From the NCBI GenBank assembly GCA_002938315.1, contig PTLL01000003.1, positions 4,005 to 68,004 on the forward strand: a stretch of DNA of 64,000 nt. The letters run 5' to 3'. Source of the stretch: Alphaproteobacteria bacterium MarineAlpha3_Bin2. Its GTDB lineage: Bacteria; Pseudomonadota; Alphaproteobacteria; Rhodospirillales; Casp-alpha2. Both the position numbers and the translations under genes were made by a program. A model generated the notes under the pieces. That model saw only the letters and a list, made by a program, of their open reading frames with translations. It was not told the DNA's origin and searched no databases. This document shows, one piece after another, positions 1-13,038 of the stretch. The number at the start of each line of letters is the position of its first letter. The first letter of the stretch is position 1.

Positions 1-372
1 CTGGAAAAACCGCGCCGCCTTTTCGGTGACGTCGTAAAGCGTCTGGCGCTGTTCCTGGCGCTGGCGTTCTTCGGGGCTGTCCTGGGGGACCTCCATGCCG
101 GCCTCACCGGCCAGTTTTTCAACCGCTTCGGGGAAATTGAGGCCTTCGGTGGCCATGACGAAATCGAAGACGCTGCCGTGTTCGCCGCAGCCAAAGCAGT
201 GATAGAACCCCTTGTCCTCATTGACCGTGAACGATGGCGTCTTTTCCTTGTGGAACGGGCACAGCCCCAAATGTTCGCGGCCCTTTTTGGTCAGCTTGAC
301 CCGGCGGCCGATGACGTCGGCCAACCCGGCGCGGGCGCGCAAGTCTTCCAGGAACTGATCGGAAAAGGCCAT
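1..372 (-). CDS. dnaG: DNA primase, N-terminal part (gene runs off the left edge)
   Basis: Own reverse-strand translation from the ATG at 370-372 gives MAFSDQFLEDLRARAGLADVIGRRVKLTKKGREHLGLCPFHKEKTPSFTVNEDKGFYHCFGCGEHGSVFDF... This carries the CHC2 zinc-finger signature of bacterial primases. The frame is open to position 1, so it is absent from the ORF track. Confidence 0.85.
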   Translation of the reverse strand, partial: MAFSDQFLEDLRARAGLADVIGRRVKLTKKGREHLGLCPFHKEKTPSFTVNEDKGFYHCFGCGEHGSVFDFVMATEGLNFPEAVEKLAGEAGMEVPQDSPEERQRQEQRQTLYDVTEKAARFFQ

Positions 373-509
373 GGTGGGTATCCGGGGCTGTTCTCAATCG
401 TTGTCGGAACATCGGCAAACCGCCGAATCGGCCTATAATACCAGATTACCGGGTTCTTGCCTTAATGTGGATTGCCTTAAAGGCGGGGATAACGTCGAAG
501 GAACGTCAA

Positions 510-965
510 TTAGGTCAACCGTTCCTTGACCATGGCGCTGGCCATGGAGAAATCCATGCTGCCGGCATGTTTCTCCTTTAGCCCCGCCATCACCTTGCCC
601 ATGTCCTTGAGGGTGGCGGCCCCGGCGTCTTCGATGACGGCGTCGATGGCGGCGGCGATGTCGTCGTCGCTCATCTGTTGGGGCAGGTACTCCTCAATGA
701 TGGCGATTTCCTCGGCCTCTTGCTGGGCCAACTCCATGCGGCCGCCTTTTTCATAGAGGGCGATGGAATCGCGGCGCTGTTTGATCATCGATTGCAGCAG
801 GCCGAGGATCTCTTCCTCGGGGATGCCGTCTTTGTTGCCCTTGCCCCGGGCCGCGATGTCGCGGTCTTTGAGCGCCGCCATGATCAGCCGTAGCGTCGAC
901 ACGGTCGGGGCATCCTTGCCCTTCATCGCCGTCTTGAGGGCGTCAGAGAGACGCGTTCGCAGCAT
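510..965 (-). CDS. GatB/YqeY domain-containing protein
   Basis: 151-aa ORF MLRTRLSDALKTAMKGKDAPTVSTLRLIMAALKDRDIA...EEYLPQQMSDDDI, typical of the YqeY family. It lies directly upstream of dnaG, as in many alphaproteobacteria. Confidence 0.8.
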   Translation of the reverse strand: MLRTRLSDALKTAMKGKDAPTVSTLRLIMAALKDRDIAARGKGNKDGIPEEEILGLLQSMIKQRRDSIALYEKGGRMELAQQEAEEIAIIEEYLPQQMSDDDIAAAIDAVIEDAGAATLKDMGKVMAGLKEKHAGSMDFSMASAMVKERLT

Positions 966-1149
966 GGCGTGCCCTTCGATAATGTGATTGGGAAACGATG
1001 AACCTACCTAATATCGGTACAAAAAGCAACCCATGGATTTAAAATAACCCATTGAAAAATATGATAATTTTAGGAATTTGGAGTCTTGACCTCTCCGCTC
1101 GGATTGCTTATGAAAGGCCAGCCTTTAGACCGCCTTTAGGGCACCGCCC

Positions 1150-2351
<1,202 letters not shown>

Positions 2352-2355
<4 letters not shown>

Positions 2356-2452
2356 GCAAGTTCAAGGAAATCGTCCACAAATTCCGCTACAACATCTACT
2401 TCTTCGTGGCGACGACGGTGTTGCTGATCCTGGCGCTGCTGGGGGTGATCTA

Positions 2453-2453
<1 letters not shown>
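2352..2453 (+). CDS. candidate 33-aa single-pass membrane micro-protein between carA and carB
   Basis: Own translation [33 protein letters not shown]. Its ATG overlaps the carA stop (ATGA) and its TAA overlaps the carB ATG (TAATG). A GGAGGGGG run lies about 12 nt upstream. Too short for the ORF track. Confidence 0.4.
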
Positions 2454-5695
<3,242 letters not shown>

Positions 5696-5719
5696 ATTAA
5701 TAACCGGGAAGCTTTAATC

Positions 5720-6193
5720 ATGGAAAGGGTGCCGATGACCGCTGCCGGACTGGCGGCGCTTGAGGAGGAATTGCGCCAACTCCGGGACGTGGATCGCCCG
5801 GCGGTGTCGAAAGCCATCGGCGTCGCCCGCGAACACGGTGATCTGAAGGAAAACGCCGAATATCACGCCGCCAAGGAACGCCAAGGCATGATCGAGGCGC
5901 GCCTGAAGAATATCGAAGGCATGGTCAGCCATGCCGAGGTCATCGACCCGGCGTCGCTGTCGGGCGACATGGTCCAGTTCGGCGCCACGGTCCTGCTTAT
6001 CGACGAGGACACCGACGAGGAAGTCACCTATCAGATCGTCGGCAGCGAGGAATCGGATGTCTCCAAGGGCCTGTTGCCGATAACCTCACCCCTGTCCAAG
6101 GCCCTGGTCGGCAAATCCGTCGGAGCCTCGGTCGAGGTCAACACCCCGAAAGGCATCAAGTTCTACGAAGTGGTGAAAGTGGAATTTAAGTAG
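5720..6193 (+). CDS. greA: transcription elongation factor GreA
   Basis: 157 aa, PMTAAGLAALEEELRQL...GDLKENAEYHAAKERQ, a GreA coiled-coil plus C-terminal domain. Confidence 0.9.
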   Translation: MERVPMTAAGLAALEEELRQLRDVDRPAVSKAIGVAREHGDLKENAEYHAAKERQGMIEARLKNIEGMVSHAEVIDPASLSGDMVQFGATVLLIDEDTDEEVTYQIVGSEESDVSKGLLPITSPLSKALVGKSVGASVEVNTPKGIKFYEVVKVEFK

Positions 6194-6329
6194 TTTTTTA
6201 TTCGGTAGGGGTCAATCTCGAAAACCCTTTTACCTATTGCGATCTTGGCTGTGGAAATGGGCCCGGCAATTGGCCAAGGCCAAGTTCATCAAAAAAGGCT
6301 GCAAATTGGTCAAACGCAAGTAGCGGGAC

Positions 6330-6869
6330 TCAACCCGGTTCCGCCTCTTCGGCGTCGCCGCTATTGTCACCCTCTTCAAGTTCATCGCCGGGAACGGCGA
6401 GATCGATGGGCACCCCCGGCTCGGTCTTGGCGGCGCGAATCGATAACGACGAGCGTACATGATTGATGTTGGGCGTTGCCGTCAATTTGGTGGTCAGGAA
6501 TTCCTGATACGCGTCCCAATCGGCGGCGACGATCTTCAAGAGGAAATCGGTCTCGCCGGCGAGCATGAAACATTCCCGTACCTCGGGCCATTGCTGGACG
6601 GTGTTCTCGAACGCCTCCAGGTCCGGTTCGGCCTGGGACGACAGCCCGACCTGAGCGAAAACGGTGACGTGATAGCCGAGCGCCTTGGGGTCGAGGTCGG
6701 CGTGGTAGCCGAGGATATAGCCGTTTTCTTCCAAGGCCCGGACGCGCCGCAGGCACGGCGGCGCCGAGATGCCGGCGCGTTTGGAAAGCTCGACGTTGGT
6801 GATGCGGCCTTCGGCCTGTAGGTCATGCAGGATGCGGCGGTCGATGTGGTCGAGTTTGACTTTTTGCAT
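6330..6869 (-). CDS. Lrp/AsnC-family transcriptional regulator with acidic C-terminal tail
   Basis: From an internal ATG: MQKVKLDHIDRRILHDLQAEGRITNVELSKRAGISAPPCLRRVRALEENGYI plus an AsnC-type ligand domain. It ends in ...GDELEEGDNSGDAEEAEPG. The ORF-track start at 6908 is probably too far upstream. Confidence 0.85.
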   Translation of the reverse strand: MQKVKLDHIDRRILHDLQAEGRITNVELSKRAGISAPPCLRRVRALEENGYILGYHADLDPKALGYHVTVFAQVGLSSQAEPDLEAFENTVQQWPEVRECFMLAGETDFLLKIVAADWDAYQEFLTTKLTATPNINHVRSSLSIRAAKTEPGVPIDLAVPGDELEEGDNSGDAEEAEPG

Positions 6870-7082
6870 GAATGGAGCGGCCCCCAACCGTGGAAGAATA
6901 TTGCGCAATTTTGTTGCTGATAGACGAAATTAACTTACCCGGCCTCGTGCCGCAACCATGTCCGTCGCCTAAGGTTGTCCGGGTCCATACCCGACGTCAT
7001 AGCCTGACTTGCCCTTGGGTTGCCGTGTTCCTATCTTAGGGTGTCATTTGCGTTGATTTTGTCTCGAAGGAATCCCCACACC

Positions 7083-8048
7083 ATGGCGGATAGCCACCAT
7101 ACCAAAGTCCTGATCATCGGTTCCGGCGCCGCCGGCTATACGGCCGCCGTCTATGCGTCCCGCGCAAACCTCAAGCCGATTATGGTGCGCGGCCTGCAAC
7201 CGGGCGGGCAGTTGACCATCACCACCGATGTTGAAAATTATCCCGGTTTCGCCGAGGCCATCCAGGGGCCGTGGCTGATGGAACAGATGTATGATCAGGC
7301 CAATAACGTCGGCACCGAGATCATCGACGATATCATCGTCGCAACCGATTTATCGAGGCGGCCGTTTCAGGCCACGGGCGATACCGGCACACAGTACACC
7401 GCCGATACCGTCATTATCGCCACCGGCGCCAGCGCGCGCTGGCTGGGCCTGGTTAGCGAGCAGAAATATTCCGGCTTTGGCGTTTCGGCGTGCGCCACCT
7501 GCGACGGATTTTTCTTCCGCGATCAACCGGTGGCGGTGATCGGCGGCGGCAATACGGCGGTCGAAGAGGCGTTGTTCCTGACCAATTTTGCGACCAAGGT
7601 GTATTTGGTCCACCGCCGTGACGAACTGCGGGCCGAAAAGATACTCCAGGACCGGCTGCTCAAGAACGATAAGATTGAACCGGTCTGGGACAGCGTGCTG
7701 GAGGAAGTCGTCGGCAAGGATGATCCGCTCGGCGTCACCGGCATCAAGGTCAAGAACGTCAAGACCGGCGACATTGCCGACATTACCGTCGACGGCGTTT
7801 TTATCGCCATTGGCCACACGCCGAATTCGGAAATCTTCAAAGGCCAACTCGATATGGACGAAAACGGCTATATCTTGACTACGCCGGGGACGACCCGGAC
7901 TACTATCGATGGCGTGTTCGCCACCGGCGACGTCCAGGACCACATCTATCGCCAGGCGGTGACCGCGGCGGGCACCGGCTGCATGGGCGCCTTGGAGGCC
8001 GAGCGCTTTTTGGCCGAACTGGCCGACTCCGCCAAGGCCGCCGAATAG
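7083..8048 (+). CDS. trxB: thioredoxin-disulfide reductase
   Basis: Starts MADSHHTKVLIIGSGAAGYTAA, redox centre CATCDG, NADPH motif GGGNTAVEEA. Start moved to the ATG at 7083. Confidence 0.93.
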   Translation: MADSHHTKVLIIGSGAAGYTAAVYASRANLKPIMVRGLQPGGQLTITTDVENYPGFAEAIQGPWLMEQMYDQANNVGTEIIDDIIVATDLSRRPFQATGDTGTQYTADTVIIATGASARWLGLVSEQKYSGFGVSACATCDGFFFRDQPVAVIGGGNTAVEEALFLTNFATKVYLVHRRDELRAEKILQDRLLKNDKIEPVWDSVLEEVVGKDDPLGVTGIKVKNVKTGDIADITVDGVFIAIGHTPNSEIFKGQLDMDENGYILTTPGTTRTTIDGVFATGDVQDHIYRQAVTAAGTGCMGALEAERFLAELADSAKAAE

Positions 8049-8096
8049 TCCGGCCCAATGTGAGCGCCGGGGGGCGGTGCTTGAGGGAGCAAAAGC

Positions 8097-8987
8097 ATGG
8101 ATTGGGATAAGCTGCGCGTTTTTCACGCCGTTGCCGAAGCCGGCAGCTTCACCCATGCCGGCGAGCGGCTGACCCTGTCGCAATCCGCGGTCAGCCGCCA
8201 GATTTCGACGCTGGAAGATAGCCTTCGGGTCAAGCTATTTCACCGTCACGCCCGCGGCCTCAAGCTGACCGAACAGGGCGAACATTTGTTCGAAACCGCG
8301 CATGAGGTCTTTGCCAAGCTGGCCATGGCCGAGGCCCACATCGCCGATGTCAAGGAAAAGCCCCAGGGGACGTTACGGATCACCACCACGGTCGCCTTCG
8401 GGTCGATCTGGCTGACTCCCCGGATTAAGGAATTTGTCGAACTGTATCCGGATATCGAAGTCTCGTTGGTGTTGGCCGATACCGAACTGGACCTGTCCAT
8501 GCGCGAGGCCGACGCCGCCATCCGGATGATGCCGCCAACCCAGCCGGACCTGATTCAGCGCCACCTGATGACGATGAATTACCGCATCTATGCGGCGCCG
8601 GAATACCTCAAGGCGCGGGGCATTCCGAAAACCGCCAGGGACCTGGATCAGCACAGTATCGTCGTTTACGGCGAGGACGCGTCGCCGCCCGTGGGCGACT
8701 TCAATATGCTGTTGGAGGTCGGCATTAAATCCGGTCCGCCGCGCGAACCGGTGCTCCGAGTCAACAGTATCTATGGCATATACCGGGCCGTGCAAGGCGG
8801 CCTTGGCATTGCGGCGTTGCCGGAATACATGAGCCACGAAGGCCGAAACCTGGTCGAGGTGTTGCCGGAGATCCCTGGCTCCAGCCTGGATGTCTATTTC
8901 GTCTATCCGGAAGAGGTCAGAAATGCCGAGCGAATTGTCGTATTGAGGGATTTCCTGGTCCGAAAAATGGCCGGCGGGGTCGCTTGA
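8097..8987 (+). CDS. LysR-family transcriptional regulator
   Basis: 296 aa with the N-terminal HTH FHAVAEAGSFTHAGERLTLSQSAVSRQISTLE and a LysR substrate-binding domain. Confidence 0.85.
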   Translation: MDWDKLRVFHAVAEAGSFTHAGERLTLSQSAVSRQISTLEDSLRVKLFHRHARGLKLTEQGEHLFETAHEVFAKLAMAEAHIADVKEKPQGTLRITTTVAFGSIWLTPRIKEFVELYPDIEVSLVLADTELDLSMREADAAIRMMPPTQPDLIQRHLMTMNYRIYAAPEYLKARGIPKTARDLDQHSIVVYGEDASPPVGDFNMLLEVGIKSGPPREPVLRVNSIYGIYRAVQGGLGIAALPEYMSHEGRNLVEVLPEIPGSSLDVYFVYPEEVRNAERIVVLRDFLVRKMAGGVA

Positions 8988-9274
8988 AACGGGCATTCAC
9001 CCCCGCATGCCGCCGTGGCTTTGCCGGTAAAGCCAATTAAATCAACCAATTGAAGCCATGCAATAAACACATAGCTGAAATGCGGCATTATGGGTGGAAA
9101 AACACCCTGAAGATTCATATATTCTATTCAAGTGATGTTGCATTGCAATATTTCAACGAGTTTTCCGGACAATGTTCCGGAGAAGTCCGGGCTCAGAGCC
9201 TGGACCGGGACCGCCCACTCCCCCCCGGGTGGCCCCGACGTCTCTCAGACGTGAAGCCTCCCTGTTTAAACTCG

Positions 9275-9304
9275 CCCCCGCCTTTTAGGCGGGGGTCTTT
9301 TTTT
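9275..9304 (+). terminator. Rho-independent terminator (plus-strand polarity; may also serve the convergent minus-strand gene)
   Basis: CCCCCGCC-TTTTA-GGCGGGGG, an 8-bp GC stem, followed by TCTTTTTTT on the plus strand. On the minus strand only GAGTTTAAAC follows the stem. Confidence 0.6.
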
Positions 9305-9327
9305 GAACAATCCGGGGCCGGTTGGGG

Positions 9328-10416
9328 TTAGGTCTTGATGTTCAGGATATTGCCGGGGGCGCCGGTTTTCAGCAACGCCAGGTAACTGGTCCTCAGTTCT
9401 GCATTGCGGTTGATGGCGACGGCGATCGCTGTACGTTCGCGGTCGGCGGCCTGGGAGATTTCCTGCAGGGCGAGAAGCTGTTGCTGGTTCAGGACGGATA
9501 TTCTGTCGTTTGTGCTGGTGGCGTAAATGTCGGAAAAGCCCTTGTCGAACTGGACTCTCGCCAAGGCGCTCACATAGGAATCGATCTTAGCATTGATGGT
9601 GGTCAAGGCCGAGTCGATGGCGCTGGCGGCCCTGGACCGGCCCGCCGACGTAGCAAGACCCTCATAGGCCCAGGAATCGAGTATATTCAGGCCGGTGGTC
9701 GATAGGGTCGCGCCGGCGTAGCTGTCCGAGGTCGATATTTTGGTAAACCCGATGGTGCTGCCGCTAATGCTATTGAGTTGCAGATCCTGGGTGATCACGG
9801 CGCTTTTGCCGGTGGCGACGCCCGATGAATTGTATTGCACTAATACCGAATCGTTGGAGCCAGCCTGGAAAGAGATGCCGTTGATCACGATGGTGTCAGC
9901 TGAGGTGCTCTTGGCCCAGGTGTTGCCGCCGGAATCGACAATGGTGTAGTTGCTGGACAGGTCGGTATAGGGGAAGGTCCCTTGGCCGCCGGTAATGTCA
10001 TTGATGTAGGAAAAATCGTTGGCGAAAGTCTCGCCGATAAGGTTGGGCACTTGCGAAGCGGCGTTGGCGGCGGCGTTGAGTTGGCGCAGTGTATCATCGA
10101 AATCGACGACATATTCGGCGATTTGACTGGCAGTGCCGCTGCGCGCCCTGTTTTCAAGGTCGGCCAGCTTCCGGACGTACCCTTTAATGACTTCAACACG
10201 GGAGATGAGGTCTTCCAAGTGGCTGACGGCAACGTCGATGTCCGGCCGCAAGGCCGCCCATTCACTGCCCACCCGGCGCTGCGCATCGACCTTTTGCGAG
10301 AACCGGTTTCGGGTAGCGACTTGGTCACGGGCAAGCTGGTCGGCCTGAAATTTTTGCAGCCGGGATTGCAGCGTTAAAATTGAAAACCCGGACCCGCTGA
10401 CAGAGGAAATAGCCAC
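9328..10416 (-). CDS. hypothetical protein with flagellin-like architecture (helical N/C termini, Ser/Thr/Gly/Asn-rich centre)
   Basis: 362 aa. The termini look helical (…LEDLISRVEVIKGYVRKLADLENRA…; …AASAIDSALTTINAKIDSYVSALARVQFDKGF…LLALQEISQAADRERTAIAV…). The centre (~aa 130-250) is rich in S/T/G/N. The canonical flagellin N-terminal signature is absent. Confidence 0.45.
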   Translation of the reverse strand: MAISSVSGSGFSILTLQSRLQKFQADQLARDQVATRNRFSQKVDAQRRVGSEWAALRPDIDVAVSHLEDLISRVEVIKGYVRKLADLENRARSGTASQIAEYVVDFDDTLRQLNAAANAASQVPNLIGETFANDFSYINDITGGQGTFPYTDLSSNYTIVDSGGNTWAKSTSADTIVINGISFQAGSNDSVLVQYNSSGVATGKSAVITQDLQLNSISGSTIGFTKISTSDSYAGATLSTTGLNILDSWAYEGLATSAGRSRAASAIDSALTTINAKIDSYVSALARVQFDKGFSDIYATSTNDRISVLNQQQLLALQEISQAADRERTAIAVAINRNAELRTSYLALLKTGAPGNILNIKT

Positions 10417-10499
10417 CTAAAACCAATCCTTCGAAAAGTTTCGAGGCGTTCTGCCCAATCGGAAATGTATGAGAAATCGTCGCGAATACTACCAAACAA

Positions 10500-10514
10500 A
10501 GCCGTAAAATGCCA
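10500..10514 (-). promoter_or_regulatory. weak sigma-54-like -24/-12 element upstream of the flagellin-like gene
   Basis: The minus strand reads TGGCATTTTACGGCT. The GG and GC have the canonical -24/-12 spacing, but the -12 region (CGGCT) deviates from TTGCW. It lies about 85-100 nt upstream of the ATG at 10416. Confidence 0.2.
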
Positions 10515-10610
10515 ACGACAGGGCAAAAAATCCTGTGGCGGCGTTAACCATACCGGAAAGGCCATTCAACCCATTGGTTTAAAATGGTCTTTTTCATTTA
10601 TGCAGGAACC

Positions 10611-12641
10611 CTAATTTGCCAGGGCGGCTTCGCGTTGGGAAACGACGGTATCGGCATCCTTCCCGGACAATTCCTGCAGATGGTCGAATTCATATTGGAA
10701 GGTGCCAACGCCCTGTGTCATCGACCTGAGTTCGATGATCAGATCGTGCATTTCGGATTGCGGCAATTGAACCGAAACCTCGTCCCAGCCATTCCACCCC
10801 TGTTTTGCGTCGAAGCCCAGAATATGTCCCCGGCGTCCACTGATCAGGCGTTGAATTTTCGAAGTGAATTCATTGGGCAAGACGATTTCGACCTTGAAAA
10901 TGGGTTCCAACAGCACCGGGTTACAATTGGGCATGCCCTGGCGCATGGCCTGGCCGGCGGCTTTCTTGAACGCCATTTCGGAACTGTCGACGGCATGGAA
11001 CTGACCGTCGGTCAGGGTCACCGAAATATCGACGACGGTAAATCCAAGCGGTCCGCGGGACATAAAATCCTTTACCCCGTGCTCGACCGCCGGGATGTAT
11101 TGCTTCGGTACGACGCCGCCGGTGATGGTATCGTTGAATTGGAATCCTGAACCGCGGGGCAGGGGCTTGATGTCCAGGTGGACGTCTCCGAATTCTCCGT
11201 GCCCGCCCGATTGCTTCTTGTGCCGGGAGTGTTGGGAAATTGGCTTCCTGATGGTTTCCTTATAGGGAATACGGGGCCGGTCCGACAAAATGTTCAAACC
11301 GAAGCGATCCATGAGGCGGTCAATGGTGACCAGCAAATGCATTTCACCCTGGCCCCAAAGCAGGAATTCCCCAGTATCCGGGTCTGGCCCGAAGGAAATC
11401 GACGGGTCTTGGTCAGCCAGCTTGGCCAAGGCGCCCGAAAGCTTGACCTCATCGTCGCGGTGTTCGGCATGGATGGATAACGCGAACAGGGGTTTGAGCG
11501 CGTCCGGCCAGCTGATAACGGCACCGTTGGCATTTTCGGACAGGGTAGCACCGGTATGAACGCTGTCCATCCGGCCCAGGGCGATCACCTCACCGGCATT
11601 AGCCTTGCTTACCTTATCGTGTTTTTGCCCCATGACCCGGTGCATGCCGCTGACCCTTTCGTCATTTAGGGTCATACCATCGGTGGCATCGCCCCGCCAA
11701 ATGCGGGCGAAGCTCATTTTTCCGGCATGTCCGGCGTGAACGGTTTTGAAGACTTGCGCCAGCACCCCGTCACCACTGTCGATGCCGAGCCGTTCTGCCG
11801 TTGCCGGCGCTTCCGGGCATTCGTGGCGCAGCGCCTTCATCAGTCGGCGGATGCCGTTATCTTGTTCGGCCGAACCGATGAATGCCGGCACGATGAAACT
11901 GCGTTGCAGATCGTTGGTCAGGCTGTTGTAAATTTCTTCTGAAGACGGGATGACGTCTTCCAGCAGGCTTTCCAGCAAGGCGTCATCGAAATCAGCCAGA
12001 CTTTCCAGAAGTTCGGTACGGGCTTCGGCTTCGCGGTCTTGTACGGTGCCGGGAATCTCGATTAATTTCGACGGCTTGCCGGGAGCCCATTCGAAGGCTC
12101 GTTCGCTAACCAGGTCGACGTGCCCGATGATATTTTCACCTTCACGAATGGGTACTTCGCGAAGCACCAGCGGACGTTTGGAATGAACCTGTAACGCCGT
12201 CAGGGTCTCTTTGACGCTGGAAATGGCGGTGTCCATCTTATTGATGAACAGGATATGGGGAATGTCTTTTTCGTCCAGGAACTTTAGTACCGGCGCCACA
12301 GTCAGGGCCCTTGATGCATCGGCCTCGCAGACAACGACGGCCGCGTCGGCCACCATCAAGGCGTTGATGGATTCTTGAATCATCTCCACGGAACCGGGGC
12401 AGTCGAGAAACGTCCAGGCCTCGCCTAAATACTCGGCGGTGGCGACGTTGACCTCGGTGCTCATATGGCGTTTTTTCGCTTCCGGCGTTCCGTCACCGAC
12501 AGCATAGCCTTCTTTGGACGAACCCTTGCGCCCGATGGCCTCGGTCAGCATCAGGATGCTTTCAAACAGGGCTGTTTTTCCACAAAGATAGGGGCCGACG
12601 ATGGCCGCGACTCTCGGCCCGGATGGCGTTTTTGAAGCCAT
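10611..12641 (-). CDS. elongation factor G-like translational GTPase (EF-G paralogue)
   Basis: 676 aa with G1 GPYLCGKT, G3 DCPG and G4 NKMD. EF-G-like domains II-V are colinear (…GHGEFGDVHLDIKPLPRGSGFQF…). Confidence 0.8.
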   Translation of the reverse strand: MASKTPSGPRVAAIVGPYLCGKTALFESILMLTEAIGRKGSSKEGYAVGDGTPEAKKRHMSTEVNVATAEYLGEAWTFLDCPGSVEMIQESINALMVADAAVVVCEADASRALTVAPVLKFLDEKDIPHILFINKMDTAISSVKETLTALQVHSKRPLVLREVPIREGENIIGHVDLVSERAFEWAPGKPSKLIEIPGTVQDREAEARTELLESLADFDDALLESLLEDVIPSSEEIYNSLTNDLQRSFIVPAFIGSAEQDNGIRRLMKALRHECPEAPATAERLGIDSGDGVLAQVFKTVHAGHAGKMSFARIWRGDATDGMTLNDERVSGMHRVMGQKHDKVSKANAGEVIALGRMDSVHTGATLSENANGAVISWPDALKPLFALSIHAEHRDDEVKLSGALAKLADQDPSISFGPDPDTGEFLLWGQGEMHLLVTIDRLMDRFGLNILSDRPRIPYKETIRKPISQHSRHKKQSGGHGEFGDVHLDIKPLPRGSGFQFNDTITGGVVPKQYIPAVEHGVKDFMSRGPLGFTVVDISVTLTDGQFHAVDSSEMAFKKAAGQAMRQGMPNCNPVLLEPIFKVEIVLPNEFTSKIQRLISGRRGHILGFDAKQGWNGWDEVSVQLPQSEMHDLIIELRSMTQGVGTFQYEFDHLQELSGKDADTVVSQREAALAN

Positions 12642-13038
12642 AATATCCTCCCGTAATCGTTTTTTTTATCGATTAGGCCACGGGTTTGTCCCGTTTGATA
12701 TTATTACCTGAAAAGGGTAATGCCACTGGCTGGGGATGCAAGAAAAAAGGGCAACCTCATGAGGTAAATATAGTGGTCAACAATAAATGGGTTATAATTT
12801 TTTTGTCTAAGGAATTCTGTTTGGCTAAGGAATCCTGGGGGATTCACACGACAACATTCAGCATTTGGCGGTTTCCGGCGATGTCGCGGTTGCCGTCTGG
12901 AATTGAAAGCTGGAAGGGGAGAAGCTATCTTCTGCGGGTGATGAAAATTTTCTTTTTACGAATGGCGCACGGTGCGCTCCTCAGTCTGCTGATGATGGTG
13001 TCGAACATTGCCACGGCTGTTGAGGAGTCTGCTGCACG

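Noticed and set aside
9179-9194. GGAGAAGTCCGGGCTC resembles the RNase P RNA CR-I motif GAGGAAAGTCCGGGCTC.
   Set aside because: Only about 120 nt remain before the terminator. None of the other conserved RNase P regions (P4 3' strand, CR-IV/V) are present. It forms a simple local hairpin instead.
9050-9331. 93-aa ORF in the LysR/flagellin-like convergent gap.
   Set aside because: It has a TTG start and a Pro/Arg/Ser-rich product. It traverses four hairpins including the terminator stem and T-run, so it is unlikely to be translated.
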